A DNA stretch of 64,000 nucleotides. It comes from Rhodanobacter sp. (GTDB taxonomy: Bacteria; Pseudomonadota; Gammaproteobacteria; Xanthomonadales; Rhodanobacteraceae). The position numbers and the translations under genes were made by a program. Positions 52,355-62,961 of the stretch are shown here, one piece after another; positions within the stretch are counted from its first letter, which is position 1, and each line of letters starts with the position of its first letter. The notes beneath the pieces were generated by a model. It ran no database searches. It had not been told where the DNA came from and was given only the letters and a program-made list of their open reading frames with translations. The stretch spans positions 987,562 through 1,051,561 of the forward strand of contig AP031382.1 of assembly GCA_040371205.1 (NCBI GenBank). The letters run 5' to 3'.

Positions 52355-52816
52355 ATGAAAACCATCGAAGGCGATTTCGCCACGCCCAAGGGCCGCTTTG
52401 CCATTGTCGCGGGCCGTTTCAACGGCTTTGTCGTGGAGCCGCTGGTGGCCGGTGCGCGCGACGCGCTGGTGCGCCACGGCGTGAAGGACGACGACATCGA
52501 GCTGGTGCGCGTGCCCGGTGCGTGGGAAATCGCATTGGCCGCGCACAAGCTGGCCAGCTCGGGCAAGTACGCCGCGGTGATCGCGCTGGGCGCGGTGATC
52601 CGCGGTTCCACGCCGCACTTCGACTACGTGGCCGGCGAATGCGCCAAGGGCTTGGCCAAGGCCGCGCTGGACACCGGCGTGCCGGTGGCGTTCGGTGTGC
52701 TCACCACCGACAGCATCGAGCAGGCCATCGAGCGCTCCGGCACCAAGGCCGGCAACAAGGGCGCCGACGCGGCCGTCGCCGCGCTGGAGATGGTCAACCT
52801 GTACGGGCAGCTGTGA
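52355..52816 (+). CDS. ribH: 6,7-dimethyl-8-ribityllumazine synthase.
   Basis: It is 153 aa, with a start and motifs typical of RibH ([12 protein letters not shown]). Confidence 0.9.
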   Translation: MKTIEGDFATPKGRFAIVAGRFNGFVVEPLVAGARDALVRHGVKDDDIELVRVPGAWEIALAAHKLASSGKYAAVIALGAVIRGSTPHFDYVAGECAKGLAKAALDTGVPVAFGVLTTDSIEQAIERSGTKAGNKGADAAVAALEMVNLYGQL

Positions 52817-53262
52817 TGAACCAGCGTCCGGAAGGCATCGACCTCGCCGCGCGCTCGCGCGCCCGCCGCCGTGCGTTGCAGGCGCTGTACGCGTGGCAGC
52901 TTTCCGGCAGCCACATGAACGCGGTAATCGAGCAGTTCCGCCACGAGCAGGACATGGAAGTGGCCGACCTCGACTACTTCGAGGACCTGCTGCACGGCGT
53001 GGAGCAGCACGTGGCCGACCTCGACGCCGTGCTGCGCCCCTACCTCGACCGCGAGGTGGCCGAGGTCGATCCCATCGAGCGCGCCGCGCTGCGTCTGGCC
53101 GCCTACGAGCTGCAGCACCGCCCCGACGTGCCGTACCGCGTGGTGATCAACGAGGCCATCGAAGTCACCAAGCGCTTCGGCGCCGACCACGGCCACAGCT
53201 ACGTCAACGGCGTGCTGGACAAGCTGGCCGCGCAACTGCGCAGCGCGGAGAAGCGCGGCTGA
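52816..53262 (+). CDS. nusB: Transcription antitermination factor NusB.
   Basis: [27 protein letters not shown] is typical of NusB. It overlaps the ribH stop by 1 nt. Confidence 0.9.
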   Translation: MNQRPEGIDLAARSRARRRALQALYAWQLSGSHMNAVIEQFRHEQDMEVADLDYFEDLLHGVEQHVADLDAVLRPYLDREVAEVDPIERAALRLAAYELQHRPDVPYRVVINEAIEVTKRFGADHGHSYVNGVLDKLAAQLRSAEKRG

Positions 53263-53795
53263 TGCCGGGCGCGGGTGTCACGTCCGTGCCGGTGCTGGAA
53301 ACCGAGCGTTTGCGCCTGCGCGCGCATCGTGCCGAGGATCATGCCGACTGCACTGCGATGTGGGCCGACCCGGAGGTGGTGCGCTACATCGGCGGACGCC
53401 CGTTCACCGCCGAGGAATCCTGGCGCCGCATGCTGGCCTCGCGCGGGTCGTGGAGCATGCTGGGCTACGGCTACTGGGCGGTCGAGGAAAAAGACGGCGG
53501 GCGCTACGTGGGCGACCTCGGCTTCAGCGACTTCCGCCGCGAGATCGAGCCTTCGCTGGTGGGCATGTTGGAATTCGGCTGGGTGCTGTCGCCGCGGGTG
53601 CATGGTCGCGGCTATGCCAGCGAGGCGATAGCTGCGGCTACCGCATGGGCCGATGCGCACCTGCCGGGCATGCGCGCCGTGTGCCTGATCAACGAGGGCA
53701 ACGGCGCCTCCATTCGCGTGGCCGCCAAGGCCGGCTTCCGCGAATGGCGGCGTACCGCCTACCACGGCGAGCCGGCGCTGGTTTTTTCGCGCTGA
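53262..53795 (+). CDS. GNAT-family N-acetyltransferase.
   Basis: LETERLRLRAHRAEDH begins a typical GNAT fold. It overlaps the nusB stop. Confidence 0.7.
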   Translation: MPGAGVTSVPVLETERLRLRAHRAEDHADCTAMWADPEVVRYIGGRPFTAEESWRRMLASRGSWSMLGYGYWAVEEKDGGRYVGDLGFSDFRREIEPSLVGMLEFGWVLSPRVHGRGYASEAIAAATAWADAHLPGMRAVCLINEGNGASIRVAAKAGFREWRRTAYHGEPALVFSR

Positions 53796-53807
53796 GCGAG
53801 GCCTTCG

Positions 53808-54266
53808 TCATGGCGCAGGGCAGTCGCGGCTGTTGTCGGCAATGCCGCTGATCAGCCAGCGCCCGTCCACCCGCGCCAGGTTGAATACGTCGGTGCCGCA
53901 GTGGTGCGGCTTGCCGTCGAGCAGGAACACGTAGGGCGCCCATACCACCGCGATGTCGTCGTCGATGCTCACCTGCGGATGGCGGATGCGCTCCTCGAAG
54001 CGCGCCTTGCCCGGTTTCACGTGATCCACGAAGTCGCCCAGCGCGATCTGCACCGGCTTGCCGTCGCGCATCAGCGTGGCCATGCCGGCGGGAAGCACCT
54101 GTGCGCGCATGCCGGCCTGGTCGTAGCGCGACATCGCCGTGAAGAAGGCATGCACCGGCGCCAGCACGTCCGCATCGCGGGCGGGCGGTGGCGCGGCAGC
54201 CAGGGCCGGGGCCGCCGCGAAGACGGCGAACGACAGGGCGGCAAGGCAAGCATGAGTACGACGCAT
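53808..54266 (-). CDS. Secreted SnoaL/NTF2-like (DUF4440-like) protein.
   Basis: A signal peptide is MRRTHACLAALSFAVFAAAPALAA. The body looks NTF2-like (...GRWLISGIAD). It is 152 aa. Confidence 0.45.
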   Translation of the reverse strand: MRRTHACLAALSFAVFAAAPALAAAPPPARDADVLAPVHAFFTAMSRYDQAGMRAQVLPAGMATLMRDGKPVQIALGDFVDHVKPGKARFEERIRHPQVSIDDDIAVVWAPYVFLLDGKPHHCGTDVFNLARVDGRWLISGIADNSRDCPAP

Positions 54267-54400
54267 GGCGGCTGGCTCTGGGCGGAAGGTGGCGCCAGCC
54301 TCGCATGTGCGCCGCGCCGATGCATGCGCCGCAGGTCACGGGCTTGCGCCGCACGCGCGCGGATGCTCTGCTGTCGGGTCGAATGACCCGCAGGACCGCC

Positions 54401-55363
54401 ATGGAATTCCGCCTGATCGACCGCATCCGCGAACGCACCGCGCAGCCGCGCGAGGACGTGCGCCTCGGCATCGGCGACGACGCCGCGGTGCTGGCCGTTC
54501 CACCGGGGCAGGAGCTGGTGGCGGCGATCGACACGATGGTCGAGGGCGTGCATTTTCCGCCGGGCACGGCGCCCGCCGACATCGGCTGGAAGGCGTTGGC
54601 GGTGAACCTTTCCGACCTCGCCGCGATGGGCGCCACGCCGGCATGGGCGCTGCTGGCCTTGACGCTGCCGCGGCCGGATGCGGATTTCGTCGACGGCTTC
54701 GCCGAGGGGTTTGCGCAATTGGCGAGCCCGTACCGGTTGGCGCTGGTGGGCGGCGACACCACGCGCGGCGCGCTTTCGCTCAGCGTGGCGGTGCACGGTT
54801 TCGTGCCGCCGGGGCAGGCCCTCACCCGTGCCGGCGCGCAGGCGGGCGATGCGCTGCTGGTCACCGGCACGCTGGGCGACGCGGCGGCGGGGCTGCGCTG
54901 CCTGCAGTCGCCATTGGACGTCCAGACGTCCGCGCGCGATTTCCTGGTGGGCCGGCTCAACCGGCCCGTGCCGCGGGTGGCGGCCGGGTTGGCGCTGCGT
55001 GGACGCGCCAGCGCCTGCCTCGACGTTTCCGACGGGTTGCTCGCCGACCTCGGCCACTTGTGTGCGGCCAGCGGCGTGGGCGCGGAGATCGACGCGGCCC
55101 GGCTGCCGTGCTCGCCGGCACTGCGCGGCGCCTTCGACGCGGACGCCGCGCGCGATTTCGCATTGGCCGGCGGCGACGATTACGAACTGTGCTTCACCGT
55201 GCCCGCCGCGCTCGTGGACGACGTGCTGGCGGGACTGGCGCAGACGGGGTGCACGGCCACGCGCATCGGCCGCATCGTGGCGGGCGAAGGCGTGCGCGTC
55301 CGCGCCGCGGACGGCGCGTGGCTGGAGTCCGGGCGCCAGGGCTGGGATCATTTCGCGCCATGA
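54401..55363 (+). CDS. thiL: Thiamine-monophosphate kinase.
   Basis: MEFRLIDRIRERTAQ...LGIGDDAAVL is the ThiL signature. Confidence 0.9.
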   Translation: MEFRLIDRIRERTAQPREDVRLGIGDDAAVLAVPPGQELVAAIDTMVEGVHFPPGTAPADIGWKALAVNLSDLAAMGATPAWALLALTLPRPDADFVDGFAEGFAQLASPYRLALVGGDTTRGALSLSVAVHGFVPPGQALTRAGAQAGDALLVTGTLGDAAAGLRCLQSPLDVQTSARDFLVGRLNRPVPRVAAGLALRGRASACLDVSDGLLADLGHLCAASGVGAEIDAARLPCSPALRGAFDADAARDFALAGGDDYELCFTVPAALVDDVLAGLAQTGCTATRIGRIVAGEGVRVRAADGAWLESGRQGWDHFAP

Positions 55364-55869
55364 GTGCTTCCATCGAACGCAAGACGCTGACGCCCGCGCA
55401 ACGCCGCACGCTGCTCGCCACGCCGGCGGGCTGGATCGCCTGCGGCCTGGGCTCCGGCCTGGCACCGGTGGCGCAGGGCACGTTCGGTTCGCTGGCGGCG
55501 ATCCTGCCGTGGCTGCTGCTGCGCGAACTCTCGCTGCCGCTCAACCTGCTGGCCATCGTGCTGGGTTTCGCGCTGGGCGTGTGGGCTTGCAACGTGGCCG
55601 GCCGCGCGCTGGCCGTGGACGACCATCGCGCGCTGGTGTGGGACGAATTCATCGGCCTGTGGATCGCGCTGCTGCCCGCGCTGGCGGCGCCGTGGTGGGC
55701 GGCGGCGATCGGCTTCGCGCTGTTCCGCCTGTTCGACGTGTGGAAGCCGTGGCCGATCCGCGTGTTCGACCGCCGCCTCAAGGGCGGCTTCGGCGTGATG
55801 GTGGACGACGTGATCGCGGGCGCGTTCGCCGCGGCGGTGCTGGCGGTCGCGCTGCACTGGCTGCGCTGA
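55360..55869 (+). CDS. pgpA: Phosphatidylglycerophosphatase A.
   Basis: It is 169 aa with GSGLAPVAQGTFGSLAAI and VDDVIAG motifs. It overlaps the thiL stop, giving the conserved thiL-pgpA pairing. Confidence 0.85.
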   Translation: MSASIERKTLTPAQRRTLLATPAGWIACGLGSGLAPVAQGTFGSLAAILPWLLLRELSLPLNLLAIVLGFALGVWACNVAGRALAVDDHRALVWDEFIGLWIALLPALAAPWWAAAIGFALFRLFDVWKPWPIRVFDRRLKGGFGVMVDDVIAGAFAAAVLAVALHWLR

Positions 55870-55952
55870 CGTTGGCGGTTGCCGGGCTTTGCCTTGGGCC
55901 ATGACCGCATCGGTCATGGCAGGAAGCGCTGGCTTTCAGTCTTGAGGCAGGC

Positions 55953-57443
55953 TCATTTCTCGTTGTGCCCCGGCCCGTACTGGCGATCCGGCCGGCGGTA
56001 CGCTGCCACGCGCGTCAGCCGCGGCGTGGCGTAGGCGAATTCCAGCGATACGCGCAGCTTGTCCGTGCGCACGGGGTCGAAGCGGGTGAGCTTCTTGTGG
56101 CCGATGGTGGTGCCCCAGGTCAGCGGTTGCCACGCGCCGTCGCCCCATCGTTCGACGCGGTAATTGGCGATGTTCTGGCCGAAGGCGACGGCTTCGCCGA
56201 GTTCCAGCGTGTCGAACTCGACCTCGCGCGGCAGGGCGATCAGCAGCCACGCATTGCGCACGCTGTGCGCGGCGCTCCAGTAGGCGTCGGGATCCGCATT
56301 GAGCACGTTGGATGAAGGGTGGGCGATGTCGCTGCTGCTGGCGCGCACGCTGGCGCCCTGCAGCAGGTTGCTGGCGAACAGCGCGGTGCGCTTGGCCGTG
56401 AAGCCTTGCAGCGCGGCGACGTCGGTGTCCTCGAACAGGCCGTCGCGGTTCGGCGGCACGTTGAGCAGCAGCTTGCTGTTGCGGCCCACGGTGCTGAAGT
56501 ACAGCTCCATCAGGCCGTCGGGCGAGCGCACCTGGTCGTTTTCCTCGGGATGCCAGAACCAGCCGGGGCGGATCGACACGTCGGATTCGCCGGGGCGCCA
56601 CACGCTGCCGTGCGGATCGCCGTGGCCGAGCACGTCGCCGACCCAGGGGCGGTCGTAGCCGGGGTAGGGCACGCTGGCCGGGTCGATGCTGGACCAGCAG
56701 GTCTCGCCGGCCACGCCTTTCTCGTCGCCGATCCAGCGCACGTCGGGGCCGGCGTCGGAGAACATGATGGCGTCGGGCTGCAGGCGGCGCACGGTGGCGT
56801 GGATGCGCGGCCAGTCGTAGGCCTGCTTGCGCCCGTTCGGGCCTTCGCCGTTGGCGCCGTCGAACCACACCTCCACGATCTTGCCGTAGTGGGTGAGCAG
56901 CTCGGTGAGCTGGGCGATGTAGTAGTCGTTGTAGGCCTGGCCGCTGCCGTAGCTCTTGGCGTTGCGGTCCCACGGCGAGAGGTACAGGCCGGCACCCAGG
57001 CCTTCGGCGCGGCAGGCGTCGGTGAACTCGCGCACCACGTCGCCGTGGCCGTTCTTCCATGGGCTGTTCTTCACCGAATGCTGCGTGGTGGCAGTGGGCC
57101 ACAGGCAGAAGCCGTCGTGGTGCTTGGCGGTGAGGATCATGCTGCGGAAGCCGGCCTGCTTCGCCGTGCGCGCCCATTGCCGCGCGTCCAGCTTGCGCGG
57201 GTTGAAGATGCTGGGCGATTCGGTGCCGTCGCCCCACTCCTTGCCAGTGAAGGTATTCACCGTGAGGTGCACGAACATCGCCAGTTCGTCGCGTTGCCAG
57301 CGCAGTTGCTGCGGGGTGGGCTGCGGTCGCGTCCCGCTGTCGACAGGCAGGGGGGCGGTAGCGGCCTGGCCGGCGCGCGGCATGCCGAGGGCGCCGAGCG
57401 TGGCGATGGCGGAGCCGGTGAACAGGAAGCGGCGACGATCCAT
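55953..57443 (-). CDS. Secreted alpha-L-fucosidase (GH29) with a Tat signal.
   Basis: The start is MDRRRFLFTGSAIATLGALG (a Tat motif). GH29 core motifs are present (HHDGFCLWPT, YLSPWD). Confidence 0.8.
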   Translation of the reverse strand: MDRRRFLFTGSAIATLGALGMPRAGQAATAPLPVDSGTRPQPTPQQLRWQRDELAMFVHLTVNTFTGKEWGDGTESPSIFNPRKLDARQWARTAKQAGFRSMILTAKHHDGFCLWPTATTQHSVKNSPWKNGHGDVVREFTDACRAEGLGAGLYLSPWDRNAKSYGSGQAYNDYYIAQLTELLTHYGKIVEVWFDGANGEGPNGRKQAYDWPRIHATVRRLQPDAIMFSDAGPDVRWIGDEKGVAGETCWSSIDPASVPYPGYDRPWVGDVLGHGDPHGSVWRPGESDVSIRPGWFWHPEENDQVRSPDGLMELYFSTVGRNSKLLLNVPPNRDGLFEDTDVAALQGFTAKRTALFASNLLQGASVRASSSDIAHPSSNVLNADPDAYWSAAHSVRNAWLLIALPREVEFDTLELGEAVAFGQNIANYRVERWGDGAWQPLTWGTTIGHKKLTRFDPVRTDKLRVSLEFAYATPRLTRVAAYRRPDRQYGPGHNEK

Positions 57444-57604
57444 GAGAGACCCGGAAGCACGTGCGGTGTCGGTATTTGTACGATTTATAACGATCCAATA
57501 GCAAGTCTGCGTTTGCGTGGCTGCGGCGCGGGCACGGCTTGCATTCGTTGCCGGCGGCGACGCAGCATGCGTGCATTCCCCGCATTGCCTCGATGGAGCC
57601 CCCC

Positions 57605-58573
57605 ATGCACTACCGCCGCCTCGGCCGTTCCGGCCTGCCGCTCTCCGTGCTTTCCTTCGGTGCCTGGGCCACGTTCGGCAAGAGCGTGGGGCGCTCGCTG
57701 GCGCGCGAGATGCTGGCGCTGGCGTGGGACCGCGGGGTCAACTTCTTCGACAACGCCGAAACCTACGGCAACGGCGCGGCGGAAGCGCTGATGGGCGACG
57801 TGCTGGCCGACCTGCGTTTCCCGCGCGACAGTTGGTGCGTGTCGAGCAAGGTGTACTTCGGCGCGCAGGAGCATCCCAAACCCACGCAGCGCGGCCTGTC
57901 GCGCAAGCACGTGATCGAGGCTTGCCACCAGGCGCTGCAACGCCTGCGCGTGGATTACCTCGACCTGTATTTCTGCCATCGCCCCGATCCCGACACGCCT
58001 GTCGACGAGACGGTGGCCGCGATGGACCTGCTGGTGCGCCAGGGCAAGGTGCTGTACTGGGGCACCAGCGAGTGGCCGGCGGCCGCCATCGTCGAGGCGC
58101 ATCGCGTGGCCAAGGAGAACCATCTCGCCGCGCCGGTGATGGAGCAGCCGGAATACAACCTGCTGCACCGCGAGCGCGTGGAGGTGGAATACGCGCCGCT
58201 GTATCGCGACTACGGCATGGGCACCACGATCTGGTCGCCGCTGGCCTCGGGCCTGCTCAGCGGCAAATACGACCAGGGCGTGCCGGCGGACTCGCGGCTG
58301 GCGCATCCCGACTATGCGTGGCTGCAGGCGCGCGTGCTGGGCGACGGCGGCCAGCACGTGGCGAAGGTGCGCCGCCTGCGTCCGCTGGCGGACGAACTGG
58401 GTTGCAGCACCGCGCAGCTGGCCATTGCCTGGTGCGCGGCCAACCCCCGGGTCTCGACCGTGATGCTGGGGGCGAGCCGGCTGGAGCAACTGGAGCACAA
58501 CCTCGTCGCGCTGGAGGTGCTGCCAAAGATGGACGAGGCGATGCGCCAGCGCGTCGCACAAGCGGTGGAGTAA
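57605..58573 (+). CDS. Aldo/keto reductase (Kv-beta/Tas-like).
   Basis: The start MHYRRLGRSGLPLSVLSFGAW is canonical for the AKR family. It could instead begin 12 nt upstream at MEPP. Confidence 0.85.
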   Translation: MHYRRLGRSGLPLSVLSFGAWATFGKSVGRSLAREMLALAWDRGVNFFDNAETYGNGAAEALMGDVLADLRFPRDSWCVSSKVYFGAQEHPKPTQRGLSRKHVIEACHQALQRLRVDYLDLYFCHRPDPDTPVDETVAAMDLLVRQGKVLYWGTSEWPAAAIVEAHRVAKENHLAAPVMEQPEYNLLHRERVEVEYAPLYRDYGMGTTIWSPLASGLLSGKYDQGVPADSRLAHPDYAWLQARVLGDGGQHVAKVRRLRPLADELGCSTAQLAIAWCAANPRVSTVMLGASRLEQLEHNLVALEVLPKMDEAMRQRVAQAVE

Positions 58574-58660
58574 GCCGGGCCGCGCGATCGCGGCGATCGA
58601 GCAAGGCCGTTCGCCGGGCGGCCTGGCGGTGCAGCGGCGTCGCGGCCGGCGCCGAAAAAA

Positions 58661-58682
58661 TTTACGCGTTCTTTATGCGCGT
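58661..58682 (+). promoter_or_regulatory. Candidate KdpE binding site. TTTACGCG and TTTATGCG are direct repeats with 11-bp spacing, preceded by an A6 tract. A possible -10 element, TCATAT, lies about 20 nt downstream.
   Basis: I read it directly from the sequence. The arrangement resembles the E. coli kdpFABC KdpE box, which is T-rich direct repeats one helical turn apart. Confidence 0.4.
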
Positions 58683-58755
58683 GCCGCGAATCGCTACCCC
58701 ATTCATATACGCCACTGCCTACAGTGCGCGGCGTCGTTTCCATGAGTCGGCGCCG

Positions 58756-58848
58756 ATGGATCTCCCCTACCTGCTGTTCCTGTTCGCGCTGCTTGCGCTG
58801 ACGCTGGTGTTCCTGCGCGTCTGCGACCGCTTGAGTCCGCGCAAGTAG
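58756..58848 (+). CDS. A 30-codon hydrophobic small ORF in the kdp leader.
   Basis: It encodes MDLPYLLFLFALLALTLVFLRVCDRLSPRK, a single TM helix with a basic tail. GC3 is very high (28 of 30 codons). The ribosome-binding site is weak. Confidence 0.3.
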   Translation: MDLPYLLFLFALLALTLVFLRVCDRLSPRK

Positions 58849-58902
58849 CCCGCCCGGTCTGTCCTTAAACCTTGCTCGCATCGCCATGCGAGGAGTGTAC
58901 GC

Positions 58903-58995
58903 ATGCATTTCGCCTACGCCGTTGCCGCCGTCATCGCGGTGCTGTTGATCGCCTACTTGTGCGTGGCTCTGCTCAAGCCGGAGTGGTTCGAATGA
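58903..58995 (+). CDS. kdpF: KdpF, the small K+-ATPase subunit.
   Basis: It encodes MHFAYAVAAVIAVLLIAYLCVALLKPEWFE, which matches the KdpF consensus (LL..YL..AL..PE.F). GAGGAG lies 7 nt before the ATG. The stop overlaps the kdpA ATG. Confidence 0.6.
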   Translation: MHFAYAVAAVIAVLLIAYLCVALLKPEWFE

Positions 58996-60794
58996 CCTCC
59001 AACGATATCGTCCAACTCAGCCTGTACATGGCTGTGCTGCTGCTGCTGGTCAAGCCGCTGGGCGGCTACATGGCCGGCGTTTTCGCCGACGCGCCCAATC
59101 GCGTCGTCCGCTTCGGCGCGCCGGTGGAACGTGCGCTTTACCGCCTGTGCGGCATCGACCCGGCCGAGGACATGGGCTGGAAACGCTATGCGCTGGCCAT
59201 GCTGGTGTTCAACATGCTCGGCCTGCTGGCGGTGTACGCGCTGCAGCGGCTGCAGCAGTGGCTGCCGCTGAACCCGCAGCACCTCGGCGCGGTGTCGCCG
59301 GATTCGGCGATGAACACCGCGATCAGCTTCGCCACCAACACCAACTGGCAGGGCTACGGCGGCGAGACGACGATGAGCTACCTGACCCAGATGCTGGGCC
59401 TGTCGGTGCAGAACTTCCTCTCGGCGGCCACCGGCATCGCGGTGCTGCTGGCGGTGATCCGCGGCTTCACCCGGCGCAGCACCAAGGGTCTGGGCAATTT
59501 CTGGGTGGACATGGTGCGCAGCACGCTCTACGTGCTGTTGCCGCTGTCGCTGCTGCTGTCGCTGCTGCTGGTGTCGCAGGGCGTGGTGCAGAACTTCAAG
59601 TCCTATGTCGACGTGCCGGTGGTGCAGGCTTCCAGCTACGTGGACACGCTCAAGGATGCCGCGGGCAATCCGCTCAAGGACGCCGCCGGCAAGGTGGAAA
59701 CGCAGCAGGTGCCGGTGACCGTGCAGAGCCTGCCGATGGGGCCGGCCGCGTCGCAGATCGCGATCAAGCAGCTCGGCACCAACGGCGGCGGTTTCTTCAA
59801 CGTCAATTCGGCGCATCCCTACGAGAATCCGACGCCGCTGTCGAACTTCGTCGAGCTGCTGGCCATCCTGCTGATCCCCGCCGCGCTCTGCTACACCTTC
59901 GGCCAGATGGTCGGCGACCGCCGTCAGGGCTGGGCGCTGCTGCTGGTGATGCTGGTGATTTTCGTGCCGCTGCTGTTGACCTGCACCGCGGCCGAGCAGG
60001 CCGGCAATCCGGCGCTGATGCATCTGCCGGTCGACCAGCACGCCTCGGCGCTGCAGGCAGGCGGCAACATGGAGGGCAAGGAGACCCGCTTCGGCATCGT
60101 CAATTCCACGCTGTGGGCCACCGCCACCACCGCCGCGTCCAACGGCTCGGTCAACGCGATGCACGACTCCTTCACCCCGCTGGGCGGCCTGGTGCCGATG
60201 TGGCTGATCCAGCTGGGCGAGGTGATCTTCGGCGGCGTCGGCTGCGGCTTGTACGGCATGCTTGCCTTCGCCGTGGTGGCGGTGTTCATCGCCGGCCTGA
60301 TGGTGGGCCGCACGCCGGAATACCTCGGCAAGAAGATCGAGGCGCACGAGATGAAGATGGCCAGCCTCGCCGTGCTGGTGCCCTGCGCGCTGGTGGTGGT
60401 GGGCACGGCGATCGCCGTGATGGTTCCCGCCGGCGTGGCGGGCGTGGCCAACCCGGGCGCGCACGGTTTCAGCGAGATCCTCTACGCGCTGTCGTCCGCT
60501 TCCAACAACAACGGCAGTGCGTTCGCGGGGTTGTCGGCGAACACGCCGTTCTGGAACACGTTGCTGGGCGCGTGCATGTACTTCTCCCGCTACCTGCTGG
60601 TGATCGCCATGCTGGCGATGGCCGGTTCGCTGGCCGCCAAGCGCCACGTGCCGGCCTCCGCGGGCACGCTGCCTACGCACACGCCGCTGTTCGTCACCCT
60701 GCTGGCCTGCGTGGTCATCGTGGTCGGCGCGCTGACCTTCCTGCCGGCGCTGGCGCTGGGCCCCATCGCCGAATACCTGATGTCGGCGCACTGA
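58992..60794 (+). CDS. kdpA: Potassium-transporting ATPase subunit A.
   Basis: It is 600 aa. The start MTSNDIVQLSLYMAVLLLLVKPLGGYMA is the KdpA signature. Confidence 0.95.
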   Translation: MTSNDIVQLSLYMAVLLLLVKPLGGYMAGVFADAPNRVVRFGAPVERALYRLCGIDPAEDMGWKRYALAMLVFNMLGLLAVYALQRLQQWLPLNPQHLGAVSPDSAMNTAISFATNTNWQGYGGETTMSYLTQMLGLSVQNFLSAATGIAVLLAVIRGFTRRSTKGLGNFWVDMVRSTLYVLLPLSLLLSLLLVSQGVVQNFKSYVDVPVVQASSYVDTLKDAAGNPLKDAAGKVETQQVPVTVQSLPMGPAASQIAIKQLGTNGGGFFNVNSAHPYENPTPLSNFVELLAILLIPAALCYTFGQMVGDRRQGWALLLVMLVIFVPLLLTCTAAEQAGNPALMHLPVDQHASALQAGGNMEGKETRFGIVNSTLWATATTAASNGSVNAMHDSFTPLGGLVPMWLIQLGEVIFGGVGCGLYGMLAFAVVAVFIAGLMVGRTPEYLGKKIEAHEMKMASLAVLVPCALVVVGTAIAVMVPAGVAGVANPGAHGFSEILYALSSASNNNGSAFAGLSANTPFWNTLLGACMYFSRYLLVIAMLAMAGSLAAKRHVPASAGTLPTHTPLFVTLLACVVIVVGALTFLPALALGPIAEYLMSAH

Positions 60795-60815
60795 TCCGTC
60801 CGGGACAAAGCATCC

Positions 60816-62903
60816 ATGACCTCGCATACCCAAGCCGTGCGCGCCGATTCCGTCAAGGGTTTCGGCCGCGAATTGATCCTCAACGCGGTGGCCGACGCCT
60901 TCCGCAAGCTCTCGCCGCGGGTGCAGTTCAAGAACCCGGTGATGTTCGTGGTGTTCGTGTGCAGCGTGTTGACCACCCTGCTGTGGCTGCAAGCGCTCGC
61001 CGGACACGGCGAGGCGCCCACCGGCTTCATCTTCTGGGTCGGCCTGTGGCTGTGGTTCACCCTGCTGTTCGCCAATTTCGCCGAGGCGCTGGCGGAAGGG
61101 CGCGGCAAGGCGCAGGCCGACGCGTTGCGCAGCTCGCGCAAGGATGTGATGGCCAAGAAGCTCGCCGCGCCGGAGCGCGAGGCGGCGATCACCTTCGTGC
61201 CGTCCAACGACCTGCGCAGCGGCCACCACGTGCTGGTGGAAGCGGGCGAGCAGATTCCCGGCGACGGCGAGGTGGTGATCGGTGCCGCCAGCGTGGACGA
61301 GAGCGCGATCACCGGCGAGTCTGCGCCAGTGATCCGCGAGTCCGGCGGCGACCGCAGCGCGGTCACCGGCGGTACCCGCGTGTTGTCGGACTGGCTGGTG
61401 GTGCGCATCACCAGCAACCCCGGCGAGAGCTTCCTCGACCGCATGATCGCGATGGTGGAAGGCGCCGCGCGGCGCAAGACGCCGAACGAGATCGCGCTGA
61501 CCATCATGTTGGCCAAGTTCACCCTGATCTTCCTGCTCGCCTGCGCCACGCTGCTGCCGTATTCGATCTACAGCGTGCAGGCCAGCGGCGCCGGCCACCC
61601 GATCACCTTGACGGTGCTGACCGCGTTGCTGGTGTGCCTGATCCCCACCACCATCGGCGCGCTGCTCTCGGCCATCGGCATCGCCGGCATGGACCGGATG
61701 ATCCGCGCCAACGTGATCGCCACCTCCGGCCGCGCGGTGGAGGCGGCCGGCGACGTGGACGTGCTGCTGCTGGACAAGACCGGCACGATCACCCTGGGCA
61801 ACCGCCAGGCGGTGGCGTTCCATCCGGCGCCCGACGTGGACGAGCACGCGCTGGCCGAGGCCGCCCAGCTCGCCTCGCTGGCGGACGAGACGCCGGAGGG
61901 GCGCAGCGTGGTGGTGCTGGCGAAGGAGCGCTTCAACCTGCGCGAGCATTCGCTGGAAGCGCTGCACGCCCATTTCGTGCCGTTCACCGCGCAGACCCGC
62001 ATGAGCGGCGTGGATGTGGACGGCCGGCTGATCCGCAAGGGCGCGCTGGACGCGGTGGAGCGTCATCTCGTGGCCGCCGGCAGCCACCTGCCGCCGCGGG
62101 TCAAGGGCATGGCCGAGGACATCGCGCGCCGCGGCGCCACGCCGCTGCTGGTGACCGAGGGCAGCGCCGCGCTGGGCGTGATCGAGCTGAAGGACATCGT
62201 CAAGGGCGGCATCAAGGAGCGCTTCGCCGAGATGCGCAAGATGGGCATCAAGACCATCATGATCACCGGCGACAACCCGCTCACCGCGGCGGCGATCGCG
62301 GCCGAAGCCGGCGTGGACGACTTCCTCGCCGAGGCCACGCCGGAGGCCAAGCTCAAGCTGATCCGCGACATCCAGTCCGAGAACCGGCTGGTGGCGATGT
62401 GCGGCGACGGCACCAACGACGCGCCGGCGCTGGCGCAGGCCGACGTGGCGGTGGCGATGAACACCGGCACGCAGGCGGCCAAGGAAGCCGGCAACATGGT
62501 CGATCTCGACTCCAACCCGACCAAGTTGATCGAGGTGGTGGAGATCGGCAAGCAGATGCTGATCACCCGCGGCGCGCTGACCACGTTCTCGATCGCCAAC
62601 GACATCGCCAAGTATTTCGCGATCATCCCGGCCGCGTTCGCCACCACCTATCCGGCGTTGAACGCGCTCAACGTGATGCACCTGGCCACGCCGCGCAGCG
62701 CGATCCTGTCGGCGGTGATCTTCAACGCGCTGATCATCGTGTTCCTGATTCCGCTGGCGCTGAAGGGCGTGAAGTACCGCGCGCTGGGCGCCGGCGCGCT
62801 GCTGCGGCGCAACCTGCTGGTCTACGGCCTCGGCGGTGTCGTGGTGCCGTTCATCGGCATCAAGCTGATCGACATGCTGCTGGTGCTGCTGGGCATGGCC
62901 TGA
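60816..62903 (+). CDS. kdpB: Potassium-transporting P-type ATPase subunit B.
   Basis: It is 695 aa with DKTGTIT, TGDN and GDGTNDAP motifs. Confidence 0.95.
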   Translation: MTSHTQAVRADSVKGFGRELILNAVADAFRKLSPRVQFKNPVMFVVFVCSVLTTLLWLQALAGHGEAPTGFIFWVGLWLWFTLLFANFAEALAEGRGKAQADALRSSRKDVMAKKLAAPEREAAITFVPSNDLRSGHHVLVEAGEQIPGDGEVVIGAASVDESAITGESAPVIRESGGDRSAVTGGTRVLSDWLVVRITSNPGESFLDRMIAMVEGAARRKTPNEIALTIMLAKFTLIFLLACATLLPYSIYSVQASGAGHPITLTVLTALLVCLIPTTIGALLSAIGIAGMDRMIRANVIATSGRAVEAAGDVDVLLLDKTGTITLGNRQAVAFHPAPDVDEHALAEAAQLASLADETPEGRSVVVLAKERFNLREHSLEALHAHFVPFTAQTRMSGVDVDGRLIRKGALDAVERHLVAAGSHLPPRVKGMAEDIARRGATPLLVTEGSAALGVIELKDIVKGGIKERFAEMRKMGIKTIMITGDNPLTAAAIAAEAGVDDFLAEATPEAKLKLIRDIQSENRLVAMCGDGTNDAPALAQADVAVAMNTGTQAAKEAGNMVDLDSNPTKLIEVVEIGKQMLITRGALTTFSIANDIAKYFAIIPAAFATTYPALNALNVMHLATPRSAILSAVIFNALIIVFLIPLALKGVKYRALGAGALLRRNLLVYGLGGVVVPFIGIKLIDMLLVLLGMA

Positions 62904-62961
62904 GCACGCCGCATTTTCCACCCCGTGCGCTGCGGCATCTGGGCCGGGCGCGGAGTCCATC

